A DNA stretch of 53,615 nt from a virus (lineage: Duplodnaviria > Caudoviricetes), in the IMG/VR virus record IMGVR_UViG_3300006802_000123, positions 1 through 53,615 of that record, one strand, 5' to 3'. The position numbers were made by a program, and so were the translations under genes. Each line of letters starts with the position of its first letter. Position 1 is the stretch's first letter. Below are positions 44,513 to 53,615 of the stretch, piece after piece. Under the pieces are notes generated by a model that had not been told where the DNA came from, made no database searches, and was given only the letters and a program-made list of their open reading frames with translations.

Positions 44513-45487
44513 ATGAGTTACGCACAATATGGTCTGATTGAAGCAAGTGATTTTAACAGCCTAGTAGGTTCTGCTACTAACAATGGCAATACAGCAGCAG
44601 TAAACACACTAAACGCAGTATGGGCTACTGGTAATGGTGCAGCAGGATATGGTCAGACAGCAGTAACTCAAGTATCAGCAGGAGACATCGTGGCTGCTGC
44701 AAAATGGAATAATCTAGTTACATATACTAGCAATTGTGCTAGCCATCAAGGAACTTCAATAACAGCAGTTACCGCTCCTTCAGCAGGTGACACGATAACT
44801 TATAGATCCGCTATTCCTACTAACCTAAGTTCAATATACACAAGCAGACTAAACGCAGCAGGTCAGAGTGGAACTACTTCTAACGCAGTTACTACTGCAA
44901 CAACTTTCAATGATTTTGCTACTTTTACTCATACTGCTACTTTCGCAAATGCTGACGCAGCAAGACATTTTTTCAATGCAGGCGGACAATTAAAAATAAC
45001 TGTTGCTCAAACAGTTAACAGTTCTACAATTGACGCTTTGTTTGTTAATCTTTGCTCTAACGTTGGTACTGTAGTAGTATCATCACTAGGAAACAGTTCA
45101 ACAATATCCGTGAATGGTAGTACATTTAGCGGGGTAACTAAAGTAGGTGGTGGTGGAAACTCTCCAACTATAGACGCTACAAAAGGCTATTATGGATTGT
45201 CTACTGCTAATGCTACTATTTTCACGCAAGTCACATCTCAAGGACCATCTGGATACCTAAATTCTTTCATCAGAGTTATAGCAAAGACTAATGGTACGCA
45301 AGGTTCTAATAATGATAATGGAACAGTTGTGACCTTATATACTATTTTCGATGAAGATCAAAATGGTTTCGCAGTTAGCGCAGGATCACGTACTACGCTA
45401 ACAGTAACTTACCCAACTACAACTTATCTAGCAAATACTTGGGGTACAGTTTCACTAGCCGGCAGCGTAACAACTGCTAACGTATAA
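44513..45487 (+). CDS. Virion structural / fibre-associated protein
   Basis: Thr/Ser/Ala/Gly-rich, with GYGQ and ARHFFNAGG motifs; co-directional with the fibre gene. Confidence 0.55.
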   Translation: MSYAQYGLIEASDFNSLVGSATNNGNTAAVNTLNAVWATGNGAAGYGQTAVTQVSAGDIVAAAKWNNLVTYTSNCASHQGTSITAVTAPSAGDTITYRSAIPTNLSSIYTSRLNAAGQSGTTSNAVTTATTFNDFATFTHTATFANADAARHFFNAGGQLKITVAQTVNSSTIDALFVNLCSNVGTVVVSSLGNSSTISVNGSTFSGVTKVGGGGNSPTIDATKGYYGLSTANATIFTQVTSQGPSGYLNSFIRVIAKTNGTQGSNNDNGTVVTLYTIFDEDQNGFAVSAGSRTTLTVTYPTTTYLANTWGTVSLAGSVTTANV

Positions 45488-45512
45488 TAATTTTTTAAGT
45501 TAAACTGTTAGT

Positions 45513-45533
45513 TCTAAATACTCTTGGAGTATT
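45513..45533 (+). promoter_or_regulatory. Late-promoter-like TCTAAATA overlapping a hairpin that covers the Shine-Dalgarno sequence
   Basis: AATACTC (45517-45523) pairs with GAGTATT (45527-45533); GGAG at 45526-45529; ATG at 45537. Confidence 0.5.
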
Positions 45534-45536
45534 AGC

Positions 45537-45842
45537 ATGGATACTAAACAGTTATTATCAGATATCAAAGCACGATTCGCTCACAATTCCGCTAAAGCAT
45601 ACTTAAAAGACAAATACGAAAGTAAATTGATCGTAGCAGATCAAGGTGGATTGTGGAAAGCAGATTACGCAACTATCAATTTTTTAAATGCGTTTGATGA
45701 TGACCATATCGCCTTGATAGACAAATTTGATAATTTGGTCGTAGTGAATAGGAAAGAACTTTTAGAAAAACTAAAAACTCTGTATACACAAGTTACTAAT
45801 CAATGGCACGAAGAATGGAAAGAGTTAGAGGCTAAACGATGA
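45537..45842 (+). CDS. Hypothetical protein, 101 aa
   Basis: Shine-Dalgarno present; ATGA overlap with the next gene. Confidence 0.7.
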   Translation: MDTKQLLSDIKARFAHNSAKAYLKDKYESKLIVADQGGLWKADYATINFLNAFDDDHIALIDKFDNLVVVNRKELLEKLKTLYTQVTNQWHEEWKELEAKR

Positions 45843-46636
45843 GTAGAGGTGCGATACTATTCGCATTTAATTCTCCCAAATACGATTATTATTCAATGGC
45901 AGAGTTTACTGCTAAAAGAATAAATCACTATCTAGATTTACCTGTAACCATAATAACAGATAAAGAGTCTACACTAAGTTCTTCTGGCTATCAGTTCGAC
46001 AATGTTATTATTACCGAACCAGATAAAGACAAAAGCAATAAACGAAGTTGGGGTCTATGGATAAACAAAGGAAGATATCAAGTTTATGATATGACTCCTT
46101 ATGATGACACTATATTACTAGACGCAGACTACATAGTTAACTCAGATCAATTAAAAATTTTACCCGACATCACAACTGATTTTTTGTGTCACTATAACAC
46201 TAGTTATTTGATGGCTCCTGATGCTGGACAAGAAAGCGTATGTCAAGCATTTGATACAGTATGGGCTACAGTTATTTCTTTTAAGAAAACTAAACTAACT
46301 CAACAAATTTTTAACATGATGGAAATGATTCAAAACAACTATGAACACTACAGCAACATATATCATTTCCTGCTTACGCCCTATAGAAATGACTACTCTT
46401 TGACAATCGCGCTAAGAACTGTATATGGACATCTGTTAGATAACAGACATAAGATTCCCTGGAACTTAGTTCATGTTGGTACCGGCACTAAGATATATCG
46501 TGATAGTGATAATGAATACACTATAGTTTATGATAAATGGCAAAGGGGTAAGATAAAGAAAGAATACATCACTATCAAAGATTGTGATTTCCACGTACAG
46601 AATAAAGAACTATTAGAGGATATAATGAATGTCTAA
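45839..46636 (+). CDS. GT-A fold glycosyltransferase (GT8-like)
   Basis: TPYDDTILLDADY (DxD motif), RNDY, C-terminal HV.NK. Confidence 0.75.
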   Translation: MSRGAILFAFNSPKYDYYSMAEFTAKRINHYLDLPVTIITDKESTLSSSGYQFDNVIITEPDKDKSNKRSWGLWINKGRYQVYDMTPYDDTILLDADYIVNSDQLKILPDITTDFLCHYNTSYLMAPDAGQESVCQAFDTVWATVISFKKTKLTQQIFNMMEMIQNNYEHYSNIYHFLLTPYRNDYSLTIALRTVYGHLLDNRHKIPWNLVHVGTGTKIYRDSDNEYTIVYDKWQRGKIKKEYITIKDCDFHVQNKELLEDIMNV

Positions 46637-47426
46637 AGGATTTGTAATTTTAGCAGAAAATACTGAAAAAACAGATTACGTTAAGTGCGCTGAAGTTCTA
46701 GCGAGAAGCATTTATAAAACTATGCCAAACGCTAAAGTTTCTATAATTACCAATTCACCCACACATAGGGGATTATTTGACAAAGTGATTAATCTACCAT
46801 ACGGCGATCTAGCAACTACTAGTGACTGGAAATTGATTAATGACTTTCAAGTGTATGAAGCATCCCCGTATGATCATACTATAAAATTAGAAGCAGACAT
46901 GTTTTTGCCTAGATCCATAGATCATTGGTGGGATGTTTTAAAACCAAGAGACATCGTAGTATGTACTACTATTAGAAATTTCAAACAAGACATATCTAAT
47001 GAAAGACATTATAGGAAGTTCATTGATGACAACAGTTTACCAGACTGTTACAATGCTATAACTTATTTTAAGAAGAGTAAGAAAGCAGAAGAATTTTTCT
47101 CATTAGTCAAAGACATATTTTTTAGTTGGGACACGTTCAGAGATACTTTAAGATGTAATAAGAATGAACCTGCTACTACAGATTGGGTTTATGCTTTGGC
47201 TAGTCACATCATGTCTCCAGAAGTTACTACCATGCCGGAATTTAAAGAGATGAGCATGGTTCATATGAAGCAATTTATCAATAGGGCACCATCTGAAGAC
47301 TGGACTGCTGGGTTTATATATGAGTTGCGCCCAGAAGTATTCAGAATTAATACTATACCTCAGCAATATCCTGTACATTATCACGTTAAAAATTTCGCAA
47401 ATAAGTTGGAAACAGTATATGGCTGA
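46629..47426 (+). CDS. GT8-like glycosyltransferase paralogue
   Basis: SPYDHTIKLEADM aligns with the DxD region of the upstream gene; VHMK and HYHVK motifs. Confidence 0.7.
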   Translation: MSKGFVILAENTEKTDYVKCAEVLARSIYKTMPNAKVSIITNSPTHRGLFDKVINLPYGDLATTSDWKLINDFQVYEASPYDHTIKLEADMFLPRSIDHWWDVLKPRDIVVCTTIRNFKQDISNERHYRKFIDDNSLPDCYNAITYFKKSKKAEEFFSLVKDIFFSWDTFRDTLRCNKNEPATTDWVYALASHIMSPEVTTMPEFKEMSMVHMKQFINRAPSEDWTAGFIYELRPEVFRINTIPQQYPVHYHVKNFANKLETVYG

Positions 47427-47766
47427 AGAAAATACTGAAGAATATATCTTATTCTGGGAAGCACCTAAACTACAAACTTTTGAGTATAGACTTTATTACG
47501 ATGAAAAGGGTGAAGTTATTTGTTACTCTACTGAGAAATTACCCGGTAATTTCATAGTAGTTGATAAAGACGTTTTTATAGAGGCTCGACCCGATCTCAG
47601 GGTAATAGATGGCAAATTATCTAGAGCCATACCTAGCAGAATAGTAAATAAACTCACACCATCAGAAAAAGGCATTAAGTGTTCAGTTGACGATATAAAC
47701 ATATTAGTGTATGATGATAGTGTGCCTACTCAAAATTGGAAGATAAAAGTTTATGAGCTCAGATGA
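47419..47766 (+). CDS. Hypothetical protein, 115 aa
   Basis: In-frame ATG at 47419 (MAEENTEEY) overlaps the upstream stop; preferred over the start at 47320. Confidence 0.65.
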   Translation: MAEENTEEYILFWEAPKLQTFEYRLYYDEKGEVICYSTEKLPGNFIVVDKDVFIEARPDLRVIDGKLSRAIPSRIVNKLTPSEKGIKCSVDDINILVYDDSVPTQNWKIKVYELR

Positions 47767-48703
47767 TATTGTTGACGTAGCAGATTTGGATTGTATATAT
47801 CTCTCTTTTGACGAACCGCAGAAAGAAGAATTCTGGCTGAAGTTAAAGAACATGGTTCCTTGGGCCAAGCGAGTTGATGGAGTGAAGGGTAGCGATGCAG
47901 CACATAAAGCCGCGGGAGAAGCCAGCGATACTGAAAGATTTATTTTAGTTGATGGTGACAATATGCCCGACGAGTCATTTTTTAATATACAACTAGACTT
48001 CACTAAGGTAGATCCTGTCTTCAAGATTGCTCAATACAGATGGAAAGCTACAAATCATATTAATGGGTTAAGATATGGTAATGGTGGAATGAGTAGTTGG
48101 ACTAAGACTTATGTAGCAAATATGAAAACTCATGAACATAGCGATGGCGACGAGACAACTACAGTGGACTTTTGTTTAGAAGCCAAAGATAATATTTACT
48201 GGGCTATGCATGATTGCTATTCTACTACCTATCCTAATTATACTTCTTTTCAGGCTTGGCGTGCAGGATTCCGCGAAGGAGTTAAAATGAGTTTAGACAG
48301 GGGAAAGCGTCCTACTGTAGAAAACTTCAAAGAAAGTGTTGCTAAACGAAACTTCAATAATCTTACCATATGGCAAAATGTAGGTGTAGATGTAGAAAAC
48401 GGCATATGGGCTATATATGGTTCTAGGTTAGGCACTTACATGACTATGCTTACCGATTGGAATCACTCTGATGTGCAATGGTTTGATAATCTAGCAGAAC
48501 TGTGGCAAGATCATAAAGATAAAGATCCAGTCGTAGAAGCAGAAGTGATAGGCACTATTCTAAGAGATAAGTTAGGTTTACCTATCTGCACACTAGACAA
48601 AGACCAAAGTAAATTTTTCAAGCGTCATTACTTAACAGACAAACACAATCTAGGACCTCTAGTTAGAGAAATGGATGTTATAAGACGCATAGAAGGTTGG
48701 TAA
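47753..48703 (+). CDS. GT-A fold glycosyltransferase-like protein
   Basis: GVKGSDAAHKAA, FILVDGDN (DxD), YGNGG, AWRAGFREGVKM. Confidence 0.65.
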   Translation: MSSDDIVDVADLDCIYLSFDEPQKEEFWLKLKNMVPWAKRVDGVKGSDAAHKAAGEASDTERFILVDGDNMPDESFFNIQLDFTKVDPVFKIAQYRWKATNHINGLRYGNGGMSSWTKTYVANMKTHEHSDGDETTTVDFCLEAKDNIYWAMHDCYSTTYPNYTSFQAWRAGFREGVKMSLDRGKRPTVENFKESVAKRNFNNLTIWQNVGVDVENGIWAIYGSRLGTYMTMLTDWNHSDVQWFDNLAELWQDHKDKDPVVEAEVIGTILRDKLGLPICTLDKDQSKFFKRHYLTDKHNLGPLVREMDVIRRIEGW

Positions 48704-50103
48704 TGAGTTACGAAACACAAAGAATTAAAGATATAAAAGTAATAGTAGAACAACAGGCTACTCCCACTTTTTGTCTGGCTAAATGGCATCATGTGACGAT
48801 GTATCTACAGTCAGGTGAGACGCACTCATGCTATCATCCCAGACCTCACAAGATACCCTTGAGTGAGTTACAAGATAATCCATCTGCGCTACACAACACT
48901 AACGAAAAGAAACTAGAACGCAAGATGATGTTAGAGGGTAAGAAACCTGAAGGATGTCAATACTGCTGGAACATAGAAGCACTGGGACCTGACTATATCT
49001 CGGATAGGCATATACGTAATGCATCTATTTTTACTGATGAAAGATTTGAACAAACTGCTAAGGGACCGTGGGATCAAAACATAAATCCAGAGTATCTAGA
49101 GATCAATTTCGGTAATGAATGTAATTTCAAGTGCGGATATTGTCATCCAAAATATTCTACTAGATTCTATCAAGAGATCAAAGATAACGGCCCAGTAGAG
49201 TCTGTAAAAAATCATAGATGCGACATAGATTGGATGAAGTTATATCAGAGAGAAGAAGAAAATCCATATGTAGACGCTTTCTGGAAATGGTGGCCTGAAC
49301 TGCGTAAAACTCTGAATATCATGCGAGTAACAGGTGGCGAACCCACTATGCACAAGAGTACTTGGCAGTTGTTAGATGAATTAGAAAAAGAGCCTATGCC
49401 TTGGCTAGAATTAAACGTGAATAGTAACTTAGGTACTAAAAGTGCTTTGATAGAACGTTTAAGCGAAAAGGTAAAAGACTTAGTTGACTTCAGAAGCATC
49501 AAGAGTTTCAAACTTTTTACTAGTATGGACACCTGGGGACCTCGCGCAGAGTATATAAGAACTGGCTTAGACTTAGAATTATGGGAAAAGAATTTTCATA
49601 CCTACTTGACTAAAACAAACAGTCCCATAACCTTTATGATTACTTTTAATATCTTCTCGGTTACTTCGTTCCAGTCGCTACTAGAAAAAATGTTAGAATG
49701 GAGAAGTATGTACAATTGGTACGATCATCCTGATAATCCTCAGCATAGGGTAAGATTTGATACACCGTATCTAAGAGAGCCAATACAATACGATATCAAT
49801 ATCTTACCCAAAGATGAATACATGCCCTATATGTATAAGACTCTAGAATTCATGAAAGATAATGTAGATGATAAGTCTAGCAAGAAATTTAGTACTATTG
49901 AGTATGAGAAATTTAAAAGAGTTGTAGACTATATGGCTGAAACAGTATATCCAGAAGAAAAATTAATAGAGGGAAGACGAGATTTCTATAACTGGTTCAA
50001 TGAACTAGATGAACGCAGGGGAACAGATATGTTATCTGTATATCCTGAGATGTTAAATTTTTATAGGTTGTGCCAAAAAGCAAACAGAGAAAATCCATTA
50101 TGA
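48703..50103 (+). CDS. Radical SAM protein with N-terminal twitch/SPASM-like Cys domain
   Basis: CNFKCGYC and TGGEP; N-terminal CLAKW...SCYH...CQYC; start taken at the TAATG overlap. Confidence 0.9.
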   Translation: MSYETQRIKDIKVIVEQQATPTFCLAKWHHVTMYLQSGETHSCYHPRPHKIPLSELQDNPSALHNTNEKKLERKMMLEGKKPEGCQYCWNIEALGPDYISDRHIRNASIFTDERFEQTAKGPWDQNINPEYLEINFGNECNFKCGYCHPKYSTRFYQEIKDNGPVESVKNHRCDIDWMKLYQREEENPYVDAFWKWWPELRKTLNIMRVTGGEPTMHKSTWQLLDELEKEPMPWLELNVNSNLGTKSALIERLSEKVKDLVDFRSIKSFKLFTSMDTWGPRAEYIRTGLDLELWEKNFHTYLTKTNSPITFMITFNIFSVTSFQSLLEKMLEWRSMYNWYDHPDNPQHRVRFDTPYLREPIQYDINILPKDEYMPYMYKTLEFMKDNVDDKSSKKFSTIEYEKFKRVVDYMAETVYPEEKLIEGRRDFYNWFNELDERRGTDMLSVYPEMLNFYRLCQKANRENPL

Positions 50104-51329
50104 GTATAGATAAGAAATACTTGCTAGAAGAAAGCAAAGTATTTTGCATGTTTCCATGGCTACATCTTAATGTAACTCCTAGGGGTGATATATATCCTTG
50201 CTGTTCTAATGACTATCAAAATCCTTTTGGAAACACTAAAGAGATATCTCTTGAGCAAGCATTTAATTCACCTAAGATGAAAGAACTACGACTAGATATG
50301 CTTAACGATAGAAAAAATTCTATTTGTAATTTTTGTTACAAGCACGAAGAAGCAGGACCTCATAGTTTCAGGAACTATAGTAAAGATAACTTTGCTAAGT
50401 ATTTTGATGAGATCGTACCTACAACTCAAGAAGATGGTACTGTTTCAGAATTCAAGATGCGTTATTTTGATATCAGATTTTCAAATATATGTAACTTTAA
50501 GTGCAGGACATGTGGAGCAGAATTTAGCAGTCAATGGGCAGCAGAACACAGAGAAAATTTCGAACCAGATCATCCTATACTATTACACGCAGATGGAGAT
50601 ACTGGATCATTGTTGCAAGAAGTTCTAACGCACGTAGAACACATTGATCTAGCATATTTCGCAGGAGGAGAGCCACTTATTACTGACGAGCATTATACTA
50701 TTCTAGAAGAAATGATAAGGTTAGGTAGGACAGATACCACACTTAGATATAATACCAATGCTAGCAATATCAAATATAAAAGGCATGATATTCTAGAATT
50801 ATGGAAACATTTCAAGAGGGTGGAATTGAGTTGCAGCATAGATCACTATGGCGAGAGAGCAGAATATATACGTAAGGGAACAGATTGGGGTAAAGTAGAA
50901 AGTAATCTAAAATTATTCCGAGACTTGCCGCAAGTTGATTTTCAAATAAACACCGTTTTATCTCTTTTTAACTACACTACACTAGACGAATTCTATAACT
51001 ATCTAAAAAATAGGGATCTAGTGAGGCACTACGATTGGCATCATAGTTTGTATCTAGCGGTTCACCCTATATACTATAGTGCTAAAAGTTTGCCTTTAGA
51101 CATTAAATTAGCAGGTTCTTACAGGTTAAATAACTTTATATCACGAAACAAAGAGAGTTTGCCTTTAATTCATAGATTAATTACTTCGGCTATAAGTTTT
51201 GCTGAAGAAAGTAATACATGGGATGAAGCGAAAGAATCATTTTTTGCCCATACAACATCTATGGATAAGATAAGAAATGAAAGTTTCTGGAAAATATTCC
51301 CCGAATTAAATAGACTGCAAGACTTATGA
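50100..51329 (+). CDS. Radical SAM protein with N-terminal twitch/SPASM-like domain
   Basis: CNFKCRTC and AGGEP; N-terminal CMFPW...GDIYPCC...CNFC; ATGA overlap start. Confidence 0.92.
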   Translation: MSIDKKYLLEESKVFCMFPWLHLNVTPRGDIYPCCSNDYQNPFGNTKEISLEQAFNSPKMKELRLDMLNDRKNSICNFCYKHEEAGPHSFRNYSKDNFAKYFDEIVPTTQEDGTVSEFKMRYFDIRFSNICNFKCRTCGAEFSSQWAAEHRENFEPDHPILLHADGDTGSLLQEVLTHVEHIDLAYFAGGEPLITDEHYTILEEMIRLGRTDTTLRYNTNASNIKYKRHDILELWKHFKRVELSCSIDHYGERAEYIRKGTDWGKVESNLKLFRDLPQVDFQINTVLSLFNYTTLDEFYNYLKNRDLVRHYDWHHSLYLAVHPIYYSAKSLPLDIKLAGSYRLNNFISRNKESLPLIHRLITSAISFAEESNTWDEAKESFFAHTTSMDKIRNESFWKIFPELNRLQDL

Positions 51330-52621
51330 GTATAAACAAAGATAAAATAGAAAAATTGTTGAAAGAAGGTAAGCATTTTTGTGTTTTGCCTTGGATACAT
51401 TTTCATGCTTGGCCTAACAAAAACGTATTACCTTGTTGCATAGCAGATAGTTCTAGTCCTGTATCTAAAACTCCTTCAGGAGATGAAACGATATTAGATA
51501 TGATGAACTCTGAACAATACAAAGACGTTCGCCTCGCTATGCTTGAAGATGCCCCACTAGACATATGTAAGAGATGTTATGATGTAGAAGAGTTAGGTAC
51601 TTGGACTATGCGTCAAAGTCATAATACTAGACGGGGAGAAGAATATCTAGACTATATCGCGGAAACAACCAATGAAGATGGGTCATTGAATGAATTCAAG
51701 ATGGCTTACATGGACATCAGATTTAGTAATCTATGTAACATGAAGTGCAGGAGTTGCGGGCCAGACTGTTCTAGTCAATGGGCACAAGAATACTCTAGTC
51801 TTTGCAACAACAATAAAGATGAACTATGGGATAAACATAGGATAGACAAGATTATTATCAATAACAACGATGATAACACGTTCTTACCAAAATTAAAAGA
51901 GCATTTAAAAGACGTTCAAGAAGTTTATTTCGCGGGCGGTGAAATCATTATCCAACCTGAACACTATGAATGTTTAGACTATTGGATAGACAATAACTTA
52001 AATGAGCAAGTAGAACTAACGTATACTACTAATTTTTCTACACTACAGTATAAGAAAGATTCTAACTTGATAGGCTACTGGAAAAAATTCCCTAAATTAC
52101 AAATATGGGCTAGTCTCGACGGCGGGGGCAAACATGCCGAAGTCATACGTAAGGGAACAGATTGGGATAAAATTATCAACAACATTAAAATGGTAAAACA
52201 AGAAGTCCCTCATGCTAAATTTCAAATCACTCCCACTATTAGTATATGGAATGTATTTCAATTTCCTGATTTCTTTGACGAGTTAGTTGATCAACAACTA
52301 ATAGATATCAATGAAGATTCTGCACCTAGAATCAATCTTTTAACATATCCTTGGTGGGCAAATTTACAGATACTACCACAAAAAACAAGATATAAATTAG
52401 CAGAACGTTACAAAATATCTAGGGAACGTTATAAAAATAATGTACATATCGCTAATGGATTTAAGATGCTAGTATATGCTTTGTATGAAGGTAAAGAGAA
52501 TTTAGATGGCATAAAGCAATTCATGAGAGAGAACAACAGAGTAGATGAAGTAAGATCGGAAAGATTATTAGATGTTATTCCACAACTAGAGGAAGTATAT
52601 AAATGGGCACAAGAAAATTAA
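51326..52621 (+). CDS. Radical SAM protein with N-terminal twitch/SPASM-like domain
   Basis: CNMKCRSC and AGGE; N-terminal CVLPW...PCC...CKRC. Confidence 0.92.
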   Translation: MSINKDKIEKLLKEGKHFCVLPWIHFHAWPNKNVLPCCIADSSSPVSKTPSGDETILDMMNSEQYKDVRLAMLEDAPLDICKRCYDVEELGTWTMRQSHNTRRGEEYLDYIAETTNEDGSLNEFKMAYMDIRFSNLCNMKCRSCGPDCSSQWAQEYSSLCNNNKDELWDKHRIDKIIINNNDDNTFLPKLKEHLKDVQEVYFAGGEIIIQPEHYECLDYWIDNNLNEQVELTYTTNFSTLQYKKDSNLIGYWKKFPKLQIWASLDGGGKHAEVIRKGTDWDKIINNIKMVKQEVPHAKFQITPTISIWNVFQFPDFFDELVDQQLIDINEDSAPRINLLTYPWWANLQILPQKTRYKLAERYKISRERYKNNVHIANGFKMLVYALYEGKENLDGIKQFMRENNRVDEVRSERLLDVIPQLEEVYKWAQEN

Positions 52622-53571
52622 TTGAGATTTTCGCGCCAGAGCCATATGTTTCGATAACTTGGCAAGTGAATAATTTTTGCAATTATCAATGCAGTTATTG
52701 TAATCCCGGCAATTGGGGTGGAACAGAGTTAAACGAGGGTAGTCTGGATCTTTATCACAAGAATCTAGAAATCATTGTTAATAGATACATTGAAGCGGGT
52801 TATAAAAACTTTAAGTTTTTCTTTTCAGGAGGTGAACCAACTGCTTGGCCCAACTTTATACCTATATGTGAACGATTACATGAAAAATTACCCCACGCTA
52901 CTTTAGCGGTAAACACTAATTTGTCTAGACCACTAGCATGGTGGAAGAAACATTATCATTTGTTTGATGATATAGTTGCTAGTTTTCACATAGAATTCGC
53001 AAATAAAGACCGCTACGAAGAAAACAGTATTTTCTTATGCGATAAAGTAAATTATTTAAGCACTAAGATGTTGTTGCACGATGAGAGATTCTGGGAAGTT
53101 GTGGAGTATGGGAACTATTTGAAAACAGTAATGCCTAACTATTTCTTAGAATGGACTCCCTTATACGATGAAATGACTGCTAATACAGGACCATGGCATT
53201 ATAGTGATCCTGATAAAGTAAAATTTATAGAAGAAAATACTACAGATCAGAAACAAACATTACCTAAACCTGATAAACGTGCCGATACTGCTAGTTTCGT
53301 GAGATATGATGATGGATATTCTACACATTGCAATAGTAACGAAGTAATAGTAAAAGGATATAACTACTTCACAGATTGGACTTGTAATGTAGGAGACTGT
53401 ATTTTTATTAATCCTACAGGAGAAATGAGTCTAGCAAGTTGCGGTCAGGGAGGAGTTATAGGACATATTTTAAATGATGTGTCTAGGGTAGGACCTAAAC
53501 AAATAACTTGCAAAAAAGAATACTGCCATTGCGGTACAGATATTATCATACCAAAATTCCTGAATAAATAG
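52603..53571 (+). CDS. Radical SAM protein with C-terminal Cys-rich (twitch/SPASM-like) domain
   Basis: CNYQCSYC and SGGEP; C-terminal WTC...ASC...TCKKEYCHC. Confidence 0.92.
   Translation: MGTRKLIEIFAPEPYVSITWQVNNFCNYQCSYCNPGNWGGTELNEGSLDLYHKNLEIIVNRYIEAGYKNFKFFFSGGEPTAWPNFIPICERLHEKLPHATLAVNTNLSRPLAWWKKHYHLFDDIVASFHIEFANKDRYEENSIFLCDKVNYLSTKMLLHDERFWEVVEYGNYLKTVMPNYFLEWTPLYDEMTANTGPWHYSDPDKVKFIEENTTDQKQTLPKPDKRADTASFVRYDDGYSTHCNSNEVIVKGYNYFTDWTCNVGDCIFINPTGEMSLASCGQGGVIGHILNDVSRVGPKQITCKKEYCHCGTDIIIPKFLNK
53563..53570 (+). promoter_or_regulatory. Late-promoter-like AATAAATA
   Basis: Matches NATAAATA at the end of the last radical SAM gene, upstream of the next ATG. Confidence 0.45.
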
Positions 53572-53595
53572 TAAATTGAAACACAGGTAAGTACG

Positions 53596-53615
53596 ATGAA
53601 AAAGATATTAGTTTG
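53596..53615 (+). CDS. Truncated start MKKILV, possibly a Rossmann-fold (NAD-dependent epimerase-like) enzyme
   Basis: AGGT upstream; only six codons visible, so the product call is weak. Confidence 0.3.

Noticed and set aside
11251-44527. Short minus-strand and alternative-frame ORFs inside the structural operon
   Set aside because: Overlapped by long motif-bearing plus-strand genes; expected shadows.
51777-52615. 14-bp repeat AATGGGCACAAGAA within one radical SAM gene
   Set aside because: Both copies encode WAQE with few codon choices; plausible by chance.
1-53615. Stop-codon reassignment
   Set aside because: The standard code gives near-complete coding density including a 20-kb ORF; TAA, TAG and TGA all end genes at sensible boundaries.
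1-53615. Apparent abundance of CTAG/TCTAGA as a sign of DNA modification
   Set aside because: Not quantified, and plausibly explained by frequent CTA and AGA codons; needs a Markov-corrected k-mer count.

Overview
AT-rich segment of a large (probably jumbo) contractile-tailed dsDNA phage, distantly T4-like. In order: a truncated minus-strand tape-measure-like gene; a T4 gp26-like hub/tail assembly chaperone ending in a textbook -1 frameshift signal that would fuse it to an unannotated gp51-like ORF; a ~420-nt GC-enriched, densely base-paired non-coding element that I do not recognise; a minus-strand block (Holliday junction resolvase, gp46/Rad50, glycosyltransferase-like insert, gp47/Mre11, gp55-like late sigma factor); a plus-strand baseplate operon (tube initiator, gp53/LysM-like, hub, gp5/VgrG-like spike, gp25, gp6, a 6763-aa mosaic gp7-like protein, fibre proteins); and a tightly coupled cluster of three glycosyltransferases and four radical SAM enzymes that continues beyond the window. 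T4-type late promoter motifs (NNTAAATA, mostly NATAAATA) and two sigma70-type promoters are visible, several placed to give leaderless mRNAs. Best candidates for new biology: the structured element at 4914-5333, the frameshift at 4677-4726, the glycosyltransferase/radical SAM cluster, and nested domain insertions in the giant protein. All product calls come from motif recognition by eye; no database searches were run.
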